A stretch of DNA of 64,000 nt from Candidatus Latescibacterota bacterium. Its GTDB lineage: Bacteria; Krumholzibacteriota; Krumholzibacteriia; Krumholzibacteriales; Krumholzibacteriaceae. This document shows positions 1-9,900 of this stretch, in pieces. Within the stretch, counting starts at the first letter, position 1. Each line of letters starts with the position of its first letter. The position numbers and the translations under genes are program-made. The notes under the pieces were generated by a model that was given only the letters and a program-made list of their open reading frames with translations, made no database searches and had not been told where the DNA came from. The stretch lies in NCBI GenBank assembly GCA_019038625.1, contig JAHOYU010000110.1:6209-70208 (forward strand), written 5' to 3'.

Positions 1-1
1 A

Positions 2-3000
2 TTGGGACACGGAAATGATTTTTATATGGGTACAGCGGGCCGTCAAACCTGGTGGCCTAATAGCTATGAAAATGTTCAAAATGAAGGGAAATATCCTGTT
101 ATATTTGCGATATCGTGTGAGACCGGACGTTTTGATGGAATTACAGGCACTCTAACTCCTCCAGTAACATCGGCAGTCAGCCTTGGTGAAGTTGATGCGA
201 TGGATGCAATGGGGGAACGCTTGCTAAATATACCGGGAAGAGGAGCCGTGGGCTTTATTGGTTTTAGCAGGTCTGTTCCTGGTGTAAAACATATCGATCT
301 CTACACTGAGATTCTTTTTTCTCTTCAGTCAACAGTCGGCGAAACGGCTACTGCATATTATTATTATCTTCTGGGTAGTCCGGTTCACTATGAATCTTTG
401 GTCTACTTAGGTGACCCTGCACTAAATACTTTTTTCGAAGAGTATGAGGAAACACCAAGTGATAGTGTGGATCTGGCAATGGACAGGGGTAATGCGTTCA
501 GCTTTGATATTCCCGGTTATGATGAATTGTTTGATAAAGGTAGTTCGAGTCATTTTGTAACAAGAGTAATGAATATTGGACCAGGAGATGCTGAGGATTT
601 TGATGTTCAATTATCAGTAGAAGGAAACGTGGTCGAAACCAAGACAGTCACTCTGCTTGCTGCGTATGATACAATCAATGTGGCCTTTTCATACACGTTC
701 TCGCTGCAGGGTAATCCCAGTATCTCAGTCAATGTGAATCCAGATTCATCTATTTCCGAACTTTATTACGAAAATAATACAGTAGATTCAGTTGTTTCTG
801 TGATGGATATTATTGATGGCTTCCCAGTTGATCTTGCAGAGAAGAGTATAACCTCAAACCCAAATATTATCACCCAGGCTGATGAAATCTCCTTCTTGAT
901 TAATAATGGAAATAGCGGTCTGGTAAATGTAAGTGAATCTGGGGACAATTCTTGCAGCGTGACAAATATTGATTTGGAGCATGGATTTCCAATCCCCGTT
1001 GGCAGTATTACTTCCGGGAGTTCATTTCAAACAGTAGCAATAGGATATACTCAAGATTCAGTAAACAGAACAATCAATATTTATAATGCTCTAACACTTG
1101 AACTCGAAGAGTCGTCATCCTTCACTGTTGTCGAGACGTATCCATTTTCAGGAAAAGGTGTGCTATATGATATCAACAATGATGGAAATGCTGAGATTGT
1201 ATACATAGAATCTTATTACCCGTTTACGCCCGATCCTTCTTCGCTCCTGTATAAGGGCATTATAAAGATTTTCAAATATGATGGCGATCAAATAACTGAG
1301 ATTGTTTCGCAGCAACTGGATTATGTTCCAACAGATCTCGCAATTGAGGACCTTGATTTCGATAATACAGCGGAAATTGTGGTAATTGGATTTGTTTCCA
1401 TAACACTACAGGATTTAAATAGATTTGACACTAAAGTCAATGTTTACAATCTATCAGGATCATCGCTCGTTGATCTTTATGTGAATTCACCTATTGTCGT
1501 CGAATATGATGGTCTTTTCACTCCTATTCCTGCCAATGTTTTTGCCGAGTCCGGCAGTGCTGATAGTAAAGTGATGTTTTCGGATATAGATAAGAATGGG
1601 TATCTTGATATCGTTTATGGTTTGTTTAGAGATGTTGGGATTCTTCTTTTTGATGAGACGGGATACAGCCATAAGAATGTAAAACTTTTTTGGGATTATT
1701 ATTTCTACGAAAGTTCCGCAACATCCGGGGTGAAAAATTATAATGAACAGACAATTGTTGTGGCGGCAGACATAATTGAGGATAACGGACGTGAGGAAAT
1801 AATTGCAAAATTCCAGAACCGTCTTTTCGTTATGGATTACAATCCTGCAAGTGAAGAATTCAGTATCATAGACTCTCTCATCGTGGGATATGGGCATGAT
1901 ATTGTGGCTGGTCCTCTACTCAGCTACCTTGATAATGATGGAACTTTAGATATTGTCATTGGATCAAGGAAACTTGGTTATTACGGAGGTACTGATTCAT
2001 ATTCCATAAGGATCTATAATTACAATTCGGGCTTGGTAGAGAAGCAGGGCTGGACGCCGACAAGGATGTATGGGAAAGATGATGGCAGGTTATCACTAGC
2101 AGATATAGATAGTGACGGAAGTACAGAAATTGTATGGCAGACAAAGTCTCAATTATTTGTATTTGCTACTCCATGGTCGAATAGTGGGGGATCGGTCTGG
2201 CCCGTGGAAGATGGTAACGAGCGCCTCACAAACAGCAACAAGAGATATATCAGTGGCGATACCGGTGGAAGCAACATAAGCCTGGCTGGATACATCGAGA
2301 TGCTCGGAGATTTGGTCATCGACGAGGGCGATACGCTGTTTATTGCACCAAGCACGGAGATAGCTGTCAGTACTGAAGACTTTGAAGAGGCCGGAGACGA
2401 CACGCTTCGTGTCGAGTTGATATGCGATGGATACATGCAGGCGTACGGAACGGAGAACGAACCTGTCACTTTCTATTCGATGGCCACTTCGCCTGACAAA
2501 GGTGACTGGTGCGGTTTGTTCTTTACCGAAAACAGTTCAGGAGGAGAGCTGGCCAGCGTAAATATCAGCAGTGTCGACTACGGGCTGAAGAGTCCGGTGA
2601 CGGTCGAACTAACTGGTTGTGACATATCCAGTTGCGACATCTCTGGTATCTATCTGTATGAGGACAGTACCACCAACGAGAGTACGATCTCATCAACAAC
2701 CGTCAGCGACGTGACTCAGCAGTATCCGAAGGCTGTAATCGGAATCTATGAATGCGAAGGTACTGTGACGATCCAGGATTGTACAGTAGATTCAGGGGCA
2801 AGTGGGATCTGGATCGATGATTCCAGCCCGATCATATCACACACAGAAGTGACCGAAAATAGCAGTACAGGGATTTTTGTCCTCGGGCCAGCAACAGTAT
2901 CAGACGGACCGACGATCTCTAATTGCACAATCGTCGATAACACTTACAACGGCATTATATTCGTGAATCATCCGGGAATCGTGGATAGTTGTGTCATTAC

Positions 3001-3640
3001 TGATCATAGTCAGACTGGTATCATCTGCACTGAGGCCTTGTCTTGCGTCGAAATCCGGTATTCCCGCATCGAAGACAATACGACGGGGATTCACGCTTTC
3101 CTTAACGCTTGCCCGGTCGTAGGAGACAACTCTGCTGGTGAAGGAATGAACAATTCTTTTAACAACAGTAGCTACAACATTCTGCAGACTAACTCCGATA
3201 CATCGCCGAAAATTATGGCGGAGTATTGTTATTGGGGCACAGCTCCCTTGCAGCTCCCCGATCCATCCAAGATTTCTGGAAATATCGATTTCGTGCCATT
3301 CCTTGCAAGTGATCCGTTAATCAGTTATGGCATAAGCCGCAGGGCGGAATCGGAGACACGCCTCTACCTTTACCAGAACTTCCCGAATCCGGTATCCGGT
3401 AACGGTACGACGATCATGTATTCAATACCGGTCAATGATCAGAAGGTAACCCTGAAGATCTATGATGTTGCAGGAAGAAGGGTCAGGACTCTCGTTGACG
3501 GAGTCAGGGGTATCGGCAAACATTCCATTACTTGGGACGAACATAACGACAACGGATCAAAGGTTGCCAGGGGCATTTACTTCTATCAGCTCGTAGCTGG
3601 CGACCAGAAAATTTCAAAGAAACTCATTCTCTTGAGATAG
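2..3640 (+). CDS. Secreted peptidase C25 (gingipain)-like protein, 5'-truncated at the window edge. It has FG-GAP/VCBS-like repeats, a parallel beta-helix region and a T9SS C-terminal sorting domain.
   Basis: The ORF opens at the window edge with GHG...(36 aa)...ISCETG, a His-Cys spacing like the gingipain catalytic dyad. FG-GAP-like repeats follow (DINNDGNAEIV, DIDKNGYLDIVYG, DNDGTLDIVIG, DIDSDGSTEIVW), then a PbH1-like beta-helix stretch (NCTIVDNTYNGIIFVNH...). The C-terminus (LYQNFPNPVSG...IYDVAGRRVRTL...GIYFYQLVAGDQKISKKLILLR) is a type-A T9SS CTD. Confidence 0.75.
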   Translation: MGHGNDFYMGTAGRQTWWPNSYENVQNEGKYPVIFAISCETGRFDGITGTLTPPVTSAVSLGEVDAMDAMGERLLNIPGRGAVGFIGFSRSVPGVKHIDLYTEILFSLQSTVGETATAYYYYLLGSPVHYESLVYLGDPALNTFFEEYEETPSDSVDLAMDRGNAFSFDIPGYDELFDKGSSSHFVTRVMNIGPGDAEDFDVQLSVEGNVVETKTVTLLAAYDTINVAFSYTFSLQGNPSISVNVNPDSSISELYYENNTVDSVVSVMDIIDGFPVDLAEKSITSNPNIITQADEISFLINNGNSGLVNVSESGDNSCSVTNIDLEHGFPIPVGSITSGSSFQTVAIGYTQDSVNRTINIYNALTLELEESSSFTVVETYPFSGKGVLYDINNDGNAEIVYIESYYPFTPDPSSLLYKGIIKIFKYDGDQITEIVSQQLDYVPTDLAIEDLDFDNTAEIVVIGFVSITLQDLNRFDTKVNVYNLSGSSLVDLYVNSPIVVEYDGLFTPIPANVFAESGSADSKVMFSDIDKNGYLDIVYGLFRDVGILLFDETGYSHKNVKLFWDYYFYESSATSGVKNYNEQTIVVAADIIEDNGREEIIAKFQNRLFVMDYNPASEEFSIIDSLIVGYGHDIVAGPLLSYLDNDGTLDIVIGSRKLGYYGGTDSYSIRIYNYNSGLVEKQGWTPTRMYGKDDGRLSLADIDSDGSTEIVWQTKSQLFVFATPWSNSGGSVWPVEDGNERLTNSNKRYISGDTGGSNISLAGYIEMLGDLVIDEGDTLFIAPSTEIAVSTEDFEEAGDDTLRVELICDGYMQAYGTENEPVTFYSMATSPDKGDWCGLFFTENSSGGELASVNISSVDYGLKSPVTVELTGCDISSCDISGIYLYEDSTTNESTISSTTVSDVTQQYPKAVIGIYECEGTVTIQDCTVDSGASGIWIDDSSPIISHTEVTENSSTGIFVLGPATVSDGPTISNCTIVDNTYNGIIFVNHPGIVDSCVITDHSQTGIICTEALSCVEIRYSRIEDNTTGIHAFLNACPVVGDNSAGEGMNNSFNNSSYNILQTNSDTSPKIMAEYCYWGTAPLQLPDPSKISGNIDFVPFLASDPLISYGISRRAESETRLYLYQNFPNPVSGNGTTIMYSIPVNDQKVTLKIYDVAGRRVRTLVDGVRGIGKHSITWDEHNDNGSKVARGIYFYQLVAGDQKISKKLILLR

Positions 3641-4001
3641 AGGAAAAGGTGAGTGCTATGGGTTAGAGTAATTGCTCTACCACAAATGAGGATTAATTTG
3701 TCGAGTACCCGCCTCTATTTGTCCCTCTAGGCTGCGTCCCGGTATCGGGGCGCAGTCCTCATTATCGGCCACGAGAAGCTTCATCCATGCTGGTTTTCCG
3801 GTTTTTGACCACAGATATTTTCGTGATTTTCGATTTTGGTTGAATTTTTTATTTTTTTCTAAAATAATTGCCTGTTTCGGAGGATTTCCTGTAATCTCGG
3901 GATATTCCCTGAAAGTTCCGGAAATGTCCATCAAGATCGTAGTGAGGGCCTTCATTTCGGTAAAAATACCTGTTCACATAACCCATGTTCAATAATAGGG
4001 G

Positions 4002-4031
4002 TTGACTTTCAGCCACTCCCTATGCTACAAT
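4002..4031 (+). promoter_or_regulatory. Sigma70-like promoter candidate upstream of the 4159 gene.
   Basis: TTGACT (4002-4007), an 18-nt spacer, then TACAAT (4026-4031). It sits in a 520-bp non-coding region and is followed by a ~125-nt leader and an AGGAGG RBS before the ATG at 4159. Confidence 0.4.
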
Positions 4032-4158
4032 CAGCCTTGTCGAGTAAGTTAACGGTATCTCCAACATGAAGTGCGGAAGGAGGAAGTGGTACCCCCGTGT
4101 TACTGTTTCTTTTTAACTCATGGTCCCAAACCTTTCCGGAGGTTTAGGAGGTTAAAAG

Positions 4159-4803
4159 ATGTTCAAAGGAAAAGTTATACTTTTCTCTTTGTTGCTGGTT
4201 TTTGCAACCTCGATTTATGCTGGCGATGTTGATCCTTGTCAGAGTGAATTTGGCGCCAGCTGTGCTCTTAGAGTCTCGATCTGCCCCGCCGGGGATTTCG
4301 AGTTCATCTATGATGGTTGCGGCACTGGGAACGATTTTCTCTGGCTGAATGCCAGGGACCTTTCTGGCAACGGTATTGAGGGTATTCCCTGGACAGATTA
4401 CTGGATTCAGGCTTGCGATCCGGCTCAGGATCTCTGCCTGTGTTCAGCTCCGTTCGCTGCGGATGCACTTACCGATGCCTTGGGATACACCGAGATTTCC
4501 GGTCGTATCGCCGGCGGTGGCTGTATTCTCACCGACGGTATCTATCTTGCCATCCAGGGCAAGACTCTAGTTGACTTTCCGGGATGTATAACACAGACAT
4601 GTGTTGACATTATTATTGTCAGCCCGGATCTCAACGCTGACTGTTACGTGAATCTGTCCGATCTCGGTATTTTTGGTCTCTCGTACAACACGGCGACCGG
4701 CGACCCCGGTTATGACGACTGCTGTGATTTCAACGACGATACCAATTGTAACCTGAGTGACTTCGCATTCATCGGGGAGCATTACCAGCACGAGTGCTTC
4801 TAA
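4159..4803 (+). CDS. Small Cys-rich secreted protein with a C-terminal dockerin-like (Ca-binding repeat) module.
   Basis: There is an AGGAGG RBS and a signal peptide (MFKGKVILFSLLLVFATSIYA). The mature protein has about 17 Cys. Two dockerin-like loops are present, DLNADCYVNLSDLGIFGLSY and DDTNCNLSDFAFIGEHY (Dx[N/D]xDxxVNxxD-like). Confidence 0.6.
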   Translation: MFKGKVILFSLLLVFATSIYAGDVDPCQSEFGASCALRVSICPAGDFEFIYDGCGTGNDFLWLNARDLSGNGIEGIPWTDYWIQACDPAQDLCLCSAPFAADALTDALGYTEISGRIAGGGCILTDGIYLAIQGKTLVDFPGCITQTCVDIIIVSPDLNADCYVNLSDLGIFGLSYNTATGDPGYDDCCDFNDDTNCNLSDFAFIGEHYQHECF

Positions 4804-4879
4804 GCACAGAGCTGTTTTATCTGGCGACCCTGTGAACATGATTCATCTTTTGGGCTGCATTAAAAAAGGGAGTTAGATT

Positions 4880-5422
4880 ATGAAGAGAGTACTGCTGACA
4901 GTTGCTGTTGCTCTCCTGATACCAGGATTGTTGATGGCTCAGGCTCCGACGCTAGGTGTGTATTTCAGCGGCAAGCTGCATACCACCCCCGCGTTGCCGA
5001 TGACGCCATTTAATGGGTACCTGTACATTGTGCAGGATGCTTATTTCGTCACTGCCGTTGAGTATCAGTTGGTGATGTCGCCAAACCTCATACTTGGTGG
5101 CGTATCGTATCCTTCGAATTTCGCGCTTGAGATGGGTGACCCTCTTGCTGGCCATGCGATTACGTTCTGGCCTCCGATGACGGGTTATCCTGATGGTTAC
5201 GATCTGCTTGCGACATATACTCTGTATACGTCTGCAGATTGCGCGATGATACCGAATTCGACATTGGCGATAGGACCCCATCCTGATAGTGGAGAACTTC
5301 GTGGCACGTATAGCCCCGACAACGAAACCTTCCCGATCATCGGCCTGACATCTTTTGTATGTCCTTCCGGTGTCGCGAATGACGATGCAAGTTGGGGTGC
5401 GATCAAGTCCTTATACGAATAA
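4880..5422 (+). CDS. Small secreted protein, paralog 1 of a tandem family with a conserved C-terminal ASWGAIKS tail.
   Basis: There is a GGGAG RBS and a signal peptide (MKRVLLTVAVALLIPGLLMAQA). The C-terminus is ANDDASWGAIKSLYE. The protein is collinear with the next two genes (GVYF/IGLY, AVEYQLV/CAEYKVL). Confidence 0.75.
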   Translation: MKRVLLTVAVALLIPGLLMAQAPTLGVYFSGKLHTTPALPMTPFNGYLYIVQDAYFVTAVEYQLVMSPNLILGGVSYPSNFALEMGDPLAGHAITFWPPMTGYPDGYDLLATYTLYTSADCAMIPNSTLAIGPHPDSGELRGTYSPDNETFPIIGLTSFVCPSGVANDDASWGAIKSLYE

Positions 5423-5596
5423 GGAAGATGCAATTCGTTGGTTTGTGGCTGGGTGAGAAAGTCATCCAGCCACGGAGCCGCGAAAGGGGGTGATGAGCGG
5501 AAGCGAAAGCGCAAGATGCTCAGCCCCGGGATTTTTCTGATACTGACCGGGCTGATTGAATTGTAAATGTTACTTCTTAACCGGGAGTGAATTGGA

Positions 5597-6151
5597 ATGA
5601 AGAAAGTTATAATGCTTGCAATGGCTCTGATGCTTGTTGCCGGTACCGTGAGCGCTGGACCGGTGGCTTACATTGGTCTTTATGGCGACGCCGGCCACTT
5701 AGTAACAGAGTATATGAATCCGGGCATGACCCAGTTCACGCTGTGGACCTGGGTACTGCCCAGCGACAACGGCGCGATGTGTGCCGAGTATAAGGTCCTG
5801 GCGCCTGTTGGCCCAGGCATGATCATTCAGGCGGCTGTAGTGAATCCTCTTGCGACCGTATCGATGGGTTCTGCCATTGGTGCTCCGGGCGCGAGTGTAT
5901 GTTTTGGATCCTGTCAGACCGACTGGTTCTGGACCTACCAGGTACCTATCTGGAGTACGGACACTGTCGCTGGATTTTTCGAGCTTTTTGCTCATGACGA
6001 TGCTGGTGGCCCTCAGGTAGCGAACTGTATCCTTCCGGATTATCCTATCGAACCAGCTACTAAGTATACGAAGTTCGGATTGAATCAGGATGGCGTAATT
6101 GGATCCGGCACCGCCAGCTGGGGTGCTGTCAAGAGCCTGATCAATGACTGA
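5597..6151 (+). CDS. Small secreted protein, paralog 2 of the tandem family.
   Basis: There is a GGGAG RBS and a signal peptide (MKKVIMLAMALMLVAGTVSA/GP). It is highly similar to the 6252 gene (about 85% nucleotide identity over several hundred bp). The C-terminus is GTASWGAVKSLIND. Confidence 0.8.
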   Translation: MKKVIMLAMALMLVAGTVSAGPVAYIGLYGDAGHLVTEYMNPGMTQFTLWTWVLPSDNGAMCAEYKVLAPVGPGMIIQAAVVNPLATVSMGSAIGAPGASVCFGSCQTDWFWTYQVPIWSTDTVAGFFELFAHDDAGGPQVANCILPDYPIEPATKYTKFGLNQDGVIGSGTASWGAVKSLIND

Positions 6152-6251
6152 TGACGCCTAGTCATCAATAAAGTTGAAGTGGGAATCTCTCATCCCCGAG
6201 AGATTCCCATCTTTTAAGACTACTTGTTATGTTATGATAGGAGTGAGAATT

Positions 6252-6815
6252 ATGAAGAGAGTATTGATGGTTGTTGCAGCTCTCGCTCTGTTAGCTGGCA
6301 CAGTAAGTGCCGCCGGACCGGTTGCTTATATCGGCCTTTATGCAGATGCAGCTCACACTGCTTGTGAGTACTGGAATCCGGCCATGACCATGTTCACGCT
6401 GTATACCTGGGTAAATCCCAGTGACAATGGTGCGATGTGTGCCGAGTATAAGGTTGAGGCACCTGTAGGCCCGGGCATGATCATTCAGGCTGCTGTAGTG
6501 AATCCGGGTGCGAGCGTATCGATGGGCGCTGCCATAGGTGCTCCGGGCGCGAGTGTATGTTTTGGAATGTGTCAGACTGACTGGTTCTATACATACTATG
6601 TGCCCATCTGGAGCCTGGACACTACCGCTGGTCTTTTTACACTTCATCCTCATGATGTTGCTGGCGGACCTCAGGTAGCGAATTGTATTCTTCCTGATTA
6701 TCCGATCGAGCCTGCGACGGTTCTGAACAGCTTTGGTTTGAACACGGTTTGTGAAGAAGCTATCGCAAACGACGAAGCAAGCTGGGGAGCAATCAAGAGC
6801 ATGGTCAGCGAATAA
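6252..6815 (+). CDS. Small secreted protein, paralog 3 of the tandem family.
   Basis: A TAGGAG RBS precedes an internal ATG at 6252 within the 6174 ORF. The signal peptide is MKRVLMVVAALALLAGTVSAAGP. The C-terminus is ANDEASWGAIKSMVSE. A strong terminator follows. Confidence 0.8.
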   Translation: MKRVLMVVAALALLAGTVSAAGPVAYIGLYADAAHTACEYWNPAMTMFTLYTWVNPSDNGAMCAEYKVEAPVGPGMIIQAAVVNPGASVSMGAAIGAPGASVCFGMCQTDWFYTYYVPIWSLDTTAGLFTLHPHDVAGGPQVANCILPDYPIEPATVLNSFGLNTVCEEAIANDEASWGAIKSMVSE

Positions 6816-6840
6816 GTGCTGAAATGCTATAGATTACAAA

Positions 6841-6869
6841 GGACCCGGTCAGCCGGGTCCTTTTTTTTT
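6841..6869 (+). terminator. Rho-independent terminator of the paralog cluster.
   Basis: A perfect 8-bp stem (GGACCCGG tcag CCGGGTCC) is followed by a T9 tract. Confidence 0.85.
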
Positions 6870-6944
6870 GTATCTTCTGTCCCCATCTGTTATAATTACA
6901 CGTAGAACATACTGCAAATTCCCCCCTGGAACAGGAGATTTCAC

Positions 6945-9900
6945 TTGTCACTATATCCTCTCTCTTTCAGGTCGATCACGAGAGCGGTCCTGCTGGTAAT
7001 CTTCGGTCTGCCTTTATTGCTTTCGAGTCTGATGGGAGCGGGAACGCGGCTCGTTTCTTCTGATATCTCGTCTGCCGTTTTTGAGATCGATATCCCTGTT
7101 GTCGACATTACGAGGATGGAAGATGGACGGGTAAAGCTCAGAATCGAGGGGTATGGCACATTCTCTCCAGAGGGTGCATCGGAGCTTCCGGGGCGAACCT
7201 TTCTTGTGGCAGTTCCAGCCACAGGTGTTGTTCGAGTCGAATGGAGCATCATCTCACAAAGTGACCTGGGTATCGTCGATCTGTACAGGGTCCCTGGAAA
7301 GAGGCTGGTCGAGGGTGAGGACGGCACGGCGTTGACCGAGTTTTTTGAAGCGGACGATCCATGGGATGGAGAGATCAGACTGGAAAGAGTGGCTGGTGGC
7401 AAGCCCTCTTTTATGGGGAGGCAGAGAGTAATTCCCATAAGGGTAAATCCTGTATTCAGGGCGGGTGGCCGTTTTGCGGTGGCGACGAAGATCAGGGTCA
7501 CAGTTCTTTCGACAGGCGTTGATCGGGCAGAGATGGTCCCGGATGCAGAAGTGGTGAGGATCTCTGGAGCATGGAGAAGCCTCTATGACGAACTGCTTGT
7601 GAATCCCCTGGATGTGGAGAAGCATGTACTACCGCTGAAAAGCCGTATGTTCGTGAGATCTCCCTTCGAAGCCGGTAAAAGGCTGAAGATCAGGATACCC
7701 GAGACGGGACTATACTCGATCAGGGCGGATTCTCTTATAGCTGCCGGTCTTTCGCCCGACCTTTCAAATACCGGGTTTGCTCTGAAAAAATATTATTTCG
7801 ACGGGAACGAGCCTGGTCTCGTCAGGAAAGTCGATATTCCGATACACATAATAAAAGGAGAATCCTCACCGCCCGATATCTTTTCGGGGAACGATCTGGT
7901 CATATTCCATTCGTATGGTATCAAGGACGATGTCGATGCGGGTGATGTTCATGCCTCATATACGGATTTCAATATCATCTGGCTCGAAGAGGACGTCCCG
8001 GGGGTCCTGATGACGGAGTCGGTCATGGAGACAGGATCGGCGCTGCTCGTTTCCGTCTTCGATGCCACCGTTATCGAGAGAAAGGATGCCTGGTACGAAA
8101 AAAATATCAATGCAGGGACTGAAGATTTCTATTTTCTGAAGGAACCGGTGTTGGCCCAGGCCGTTATGCCGTTTACTCTGAACGATCCCGAGCCACTTTC
8201 GACATTCGATCTGACCGTTCGGTTGATGGGCCTCAAAAGACTCGTTCTACACCAGATCCTGACCTTTCAGTTGAGAAATTCGTCTGGTACATACGATATC
8301 GGTTCTGATGAGGTATCCGGGACGAACAACGAAGTATATACATTCAGCGGACTTTCGTCCGGGTACCTGGTAGATGGAGAAAACGAACTGCTTATCTCGA
8401 GTGGGACCATGGGGGGATTTACAGTGAACGATTTCACGGTTGATTATCCCGCACGTTTCACCTCGTCCGATAACATGCTTGAGTTCATATTAAAGGTCGC
8501 CCTGCCAGTCCAACAGGTGGAAGTCACCGGTCTAGACATCGATGAAGGATACGTCATCGACATATCCGCCCCCTCCTCGCCTGTGTTTTACGATGTCCCC
8601 CATGAAAATTTTCAGGACAATACCACATCATTTTCGGCGATCCTTAAGTTGCAGACTTCATCCGACTCAAAATACGTATTTCTTGCCAGAGGGGCAGGCG
8701 GTCATATCAAGGTCGACTGGATCTCGGTGGACGACCCTTCGTCCCTCATGGCCGAAGGGGGCCCTTTCGATGCTCTTGTCATCTCACACCCGGATTTTCT
8801 CCCCCCGACTGAGACCGTACTGTCCGACTATGTGGCCTGGCGGGAGGGTATGGGCTTCAGGACCCTCACCGTCAATATCGAAGACATATACGACGAGTTC
8901 AACGGAGGACTGAAATCGAGCGATGCGATCAAGCGGTTTATAAAGTACGGTTTCGACAACTGGGGAGTTGAATATGTGGTCCTGGTGGGGGACGGGAATG
9001 AAGATCACAAACAGGTATTCTATGATCCAAGCCCACTCAGGGGATCACCCCCCGACTTTATTCCTCCATTTACCTATAGCATAGATGTGATCGGGAGTTT
9101 CTATGATGATGAAGTGATCTCCACCGATAAGTATTACACATATCTGGACGAGACATGGCCAGAGAGCGGGTATCCGGATGTCTTTCTTGGTCGGCTTCCA
9201 GTGGCGAGCAATATCGAGCTCAGGGCTATGATGACCAAGATCAGGGAATACGAGAATACGGAAAATGATGATGGCTGGAGGAGGAATGTCGTCCTGTTCG
9301 CTGATGATGCCTGGTCCGACTATCCCAACTACCGTTATAAGTCGGGAGAACTTCACTTCGAGCAGGGGATGGAGAGGATTGCCCTGGCGATTGAGGACGC
9401 GCTTCCCGGTGGGTTCGATGTGGACCGGTTGTTCCTTGCCAGATGGACAGATGGGGCTCACGAAATAGGCGAGTCGGGAGTGGTGGTGTTCAGTGAAGCG
9501 ACAGATTCGACGAGGACATATTTTACTCCATATCTGCTCGACAGGCTGAACGAAGGAGCCCTTTTCTTTTCCTTCCAGGGGCATGCTCACAGGGCGCATC
9601 TGAGCAGCGAGTCCGGATTTTCGATGTTCAGCCAGTACAGGGACCTCAACCAGCTCACTGCGGCCAGGAATTTTGTTTTTCTCGGTGCGGGATGCCATAT
9701 CAGCCAGTTTGCTATTGTCTCCGAGCTCGGCAGGCTCAGCGATGGGCCGAACGGGGACTGTATTACCGAACAGATGCTTTTCAAGTCCCGGGCCGGAGCT
9801 GTGGGAACGTATGCCAGCACGGGGTTTGAGGTCCTGGACCAGAACGAGTATTTTTTCGACACGCTTCACGATTATATCTTCAAGACACCGCCGACGGACT

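Noticed and set aside
3677-3955. A 92-aa minus-strand ORF in the long intergenic spacer.
   Set aside because: It has no RBS, a low-complexity Lys-rich sequence and no homology cues. The region was treated as non-coding.
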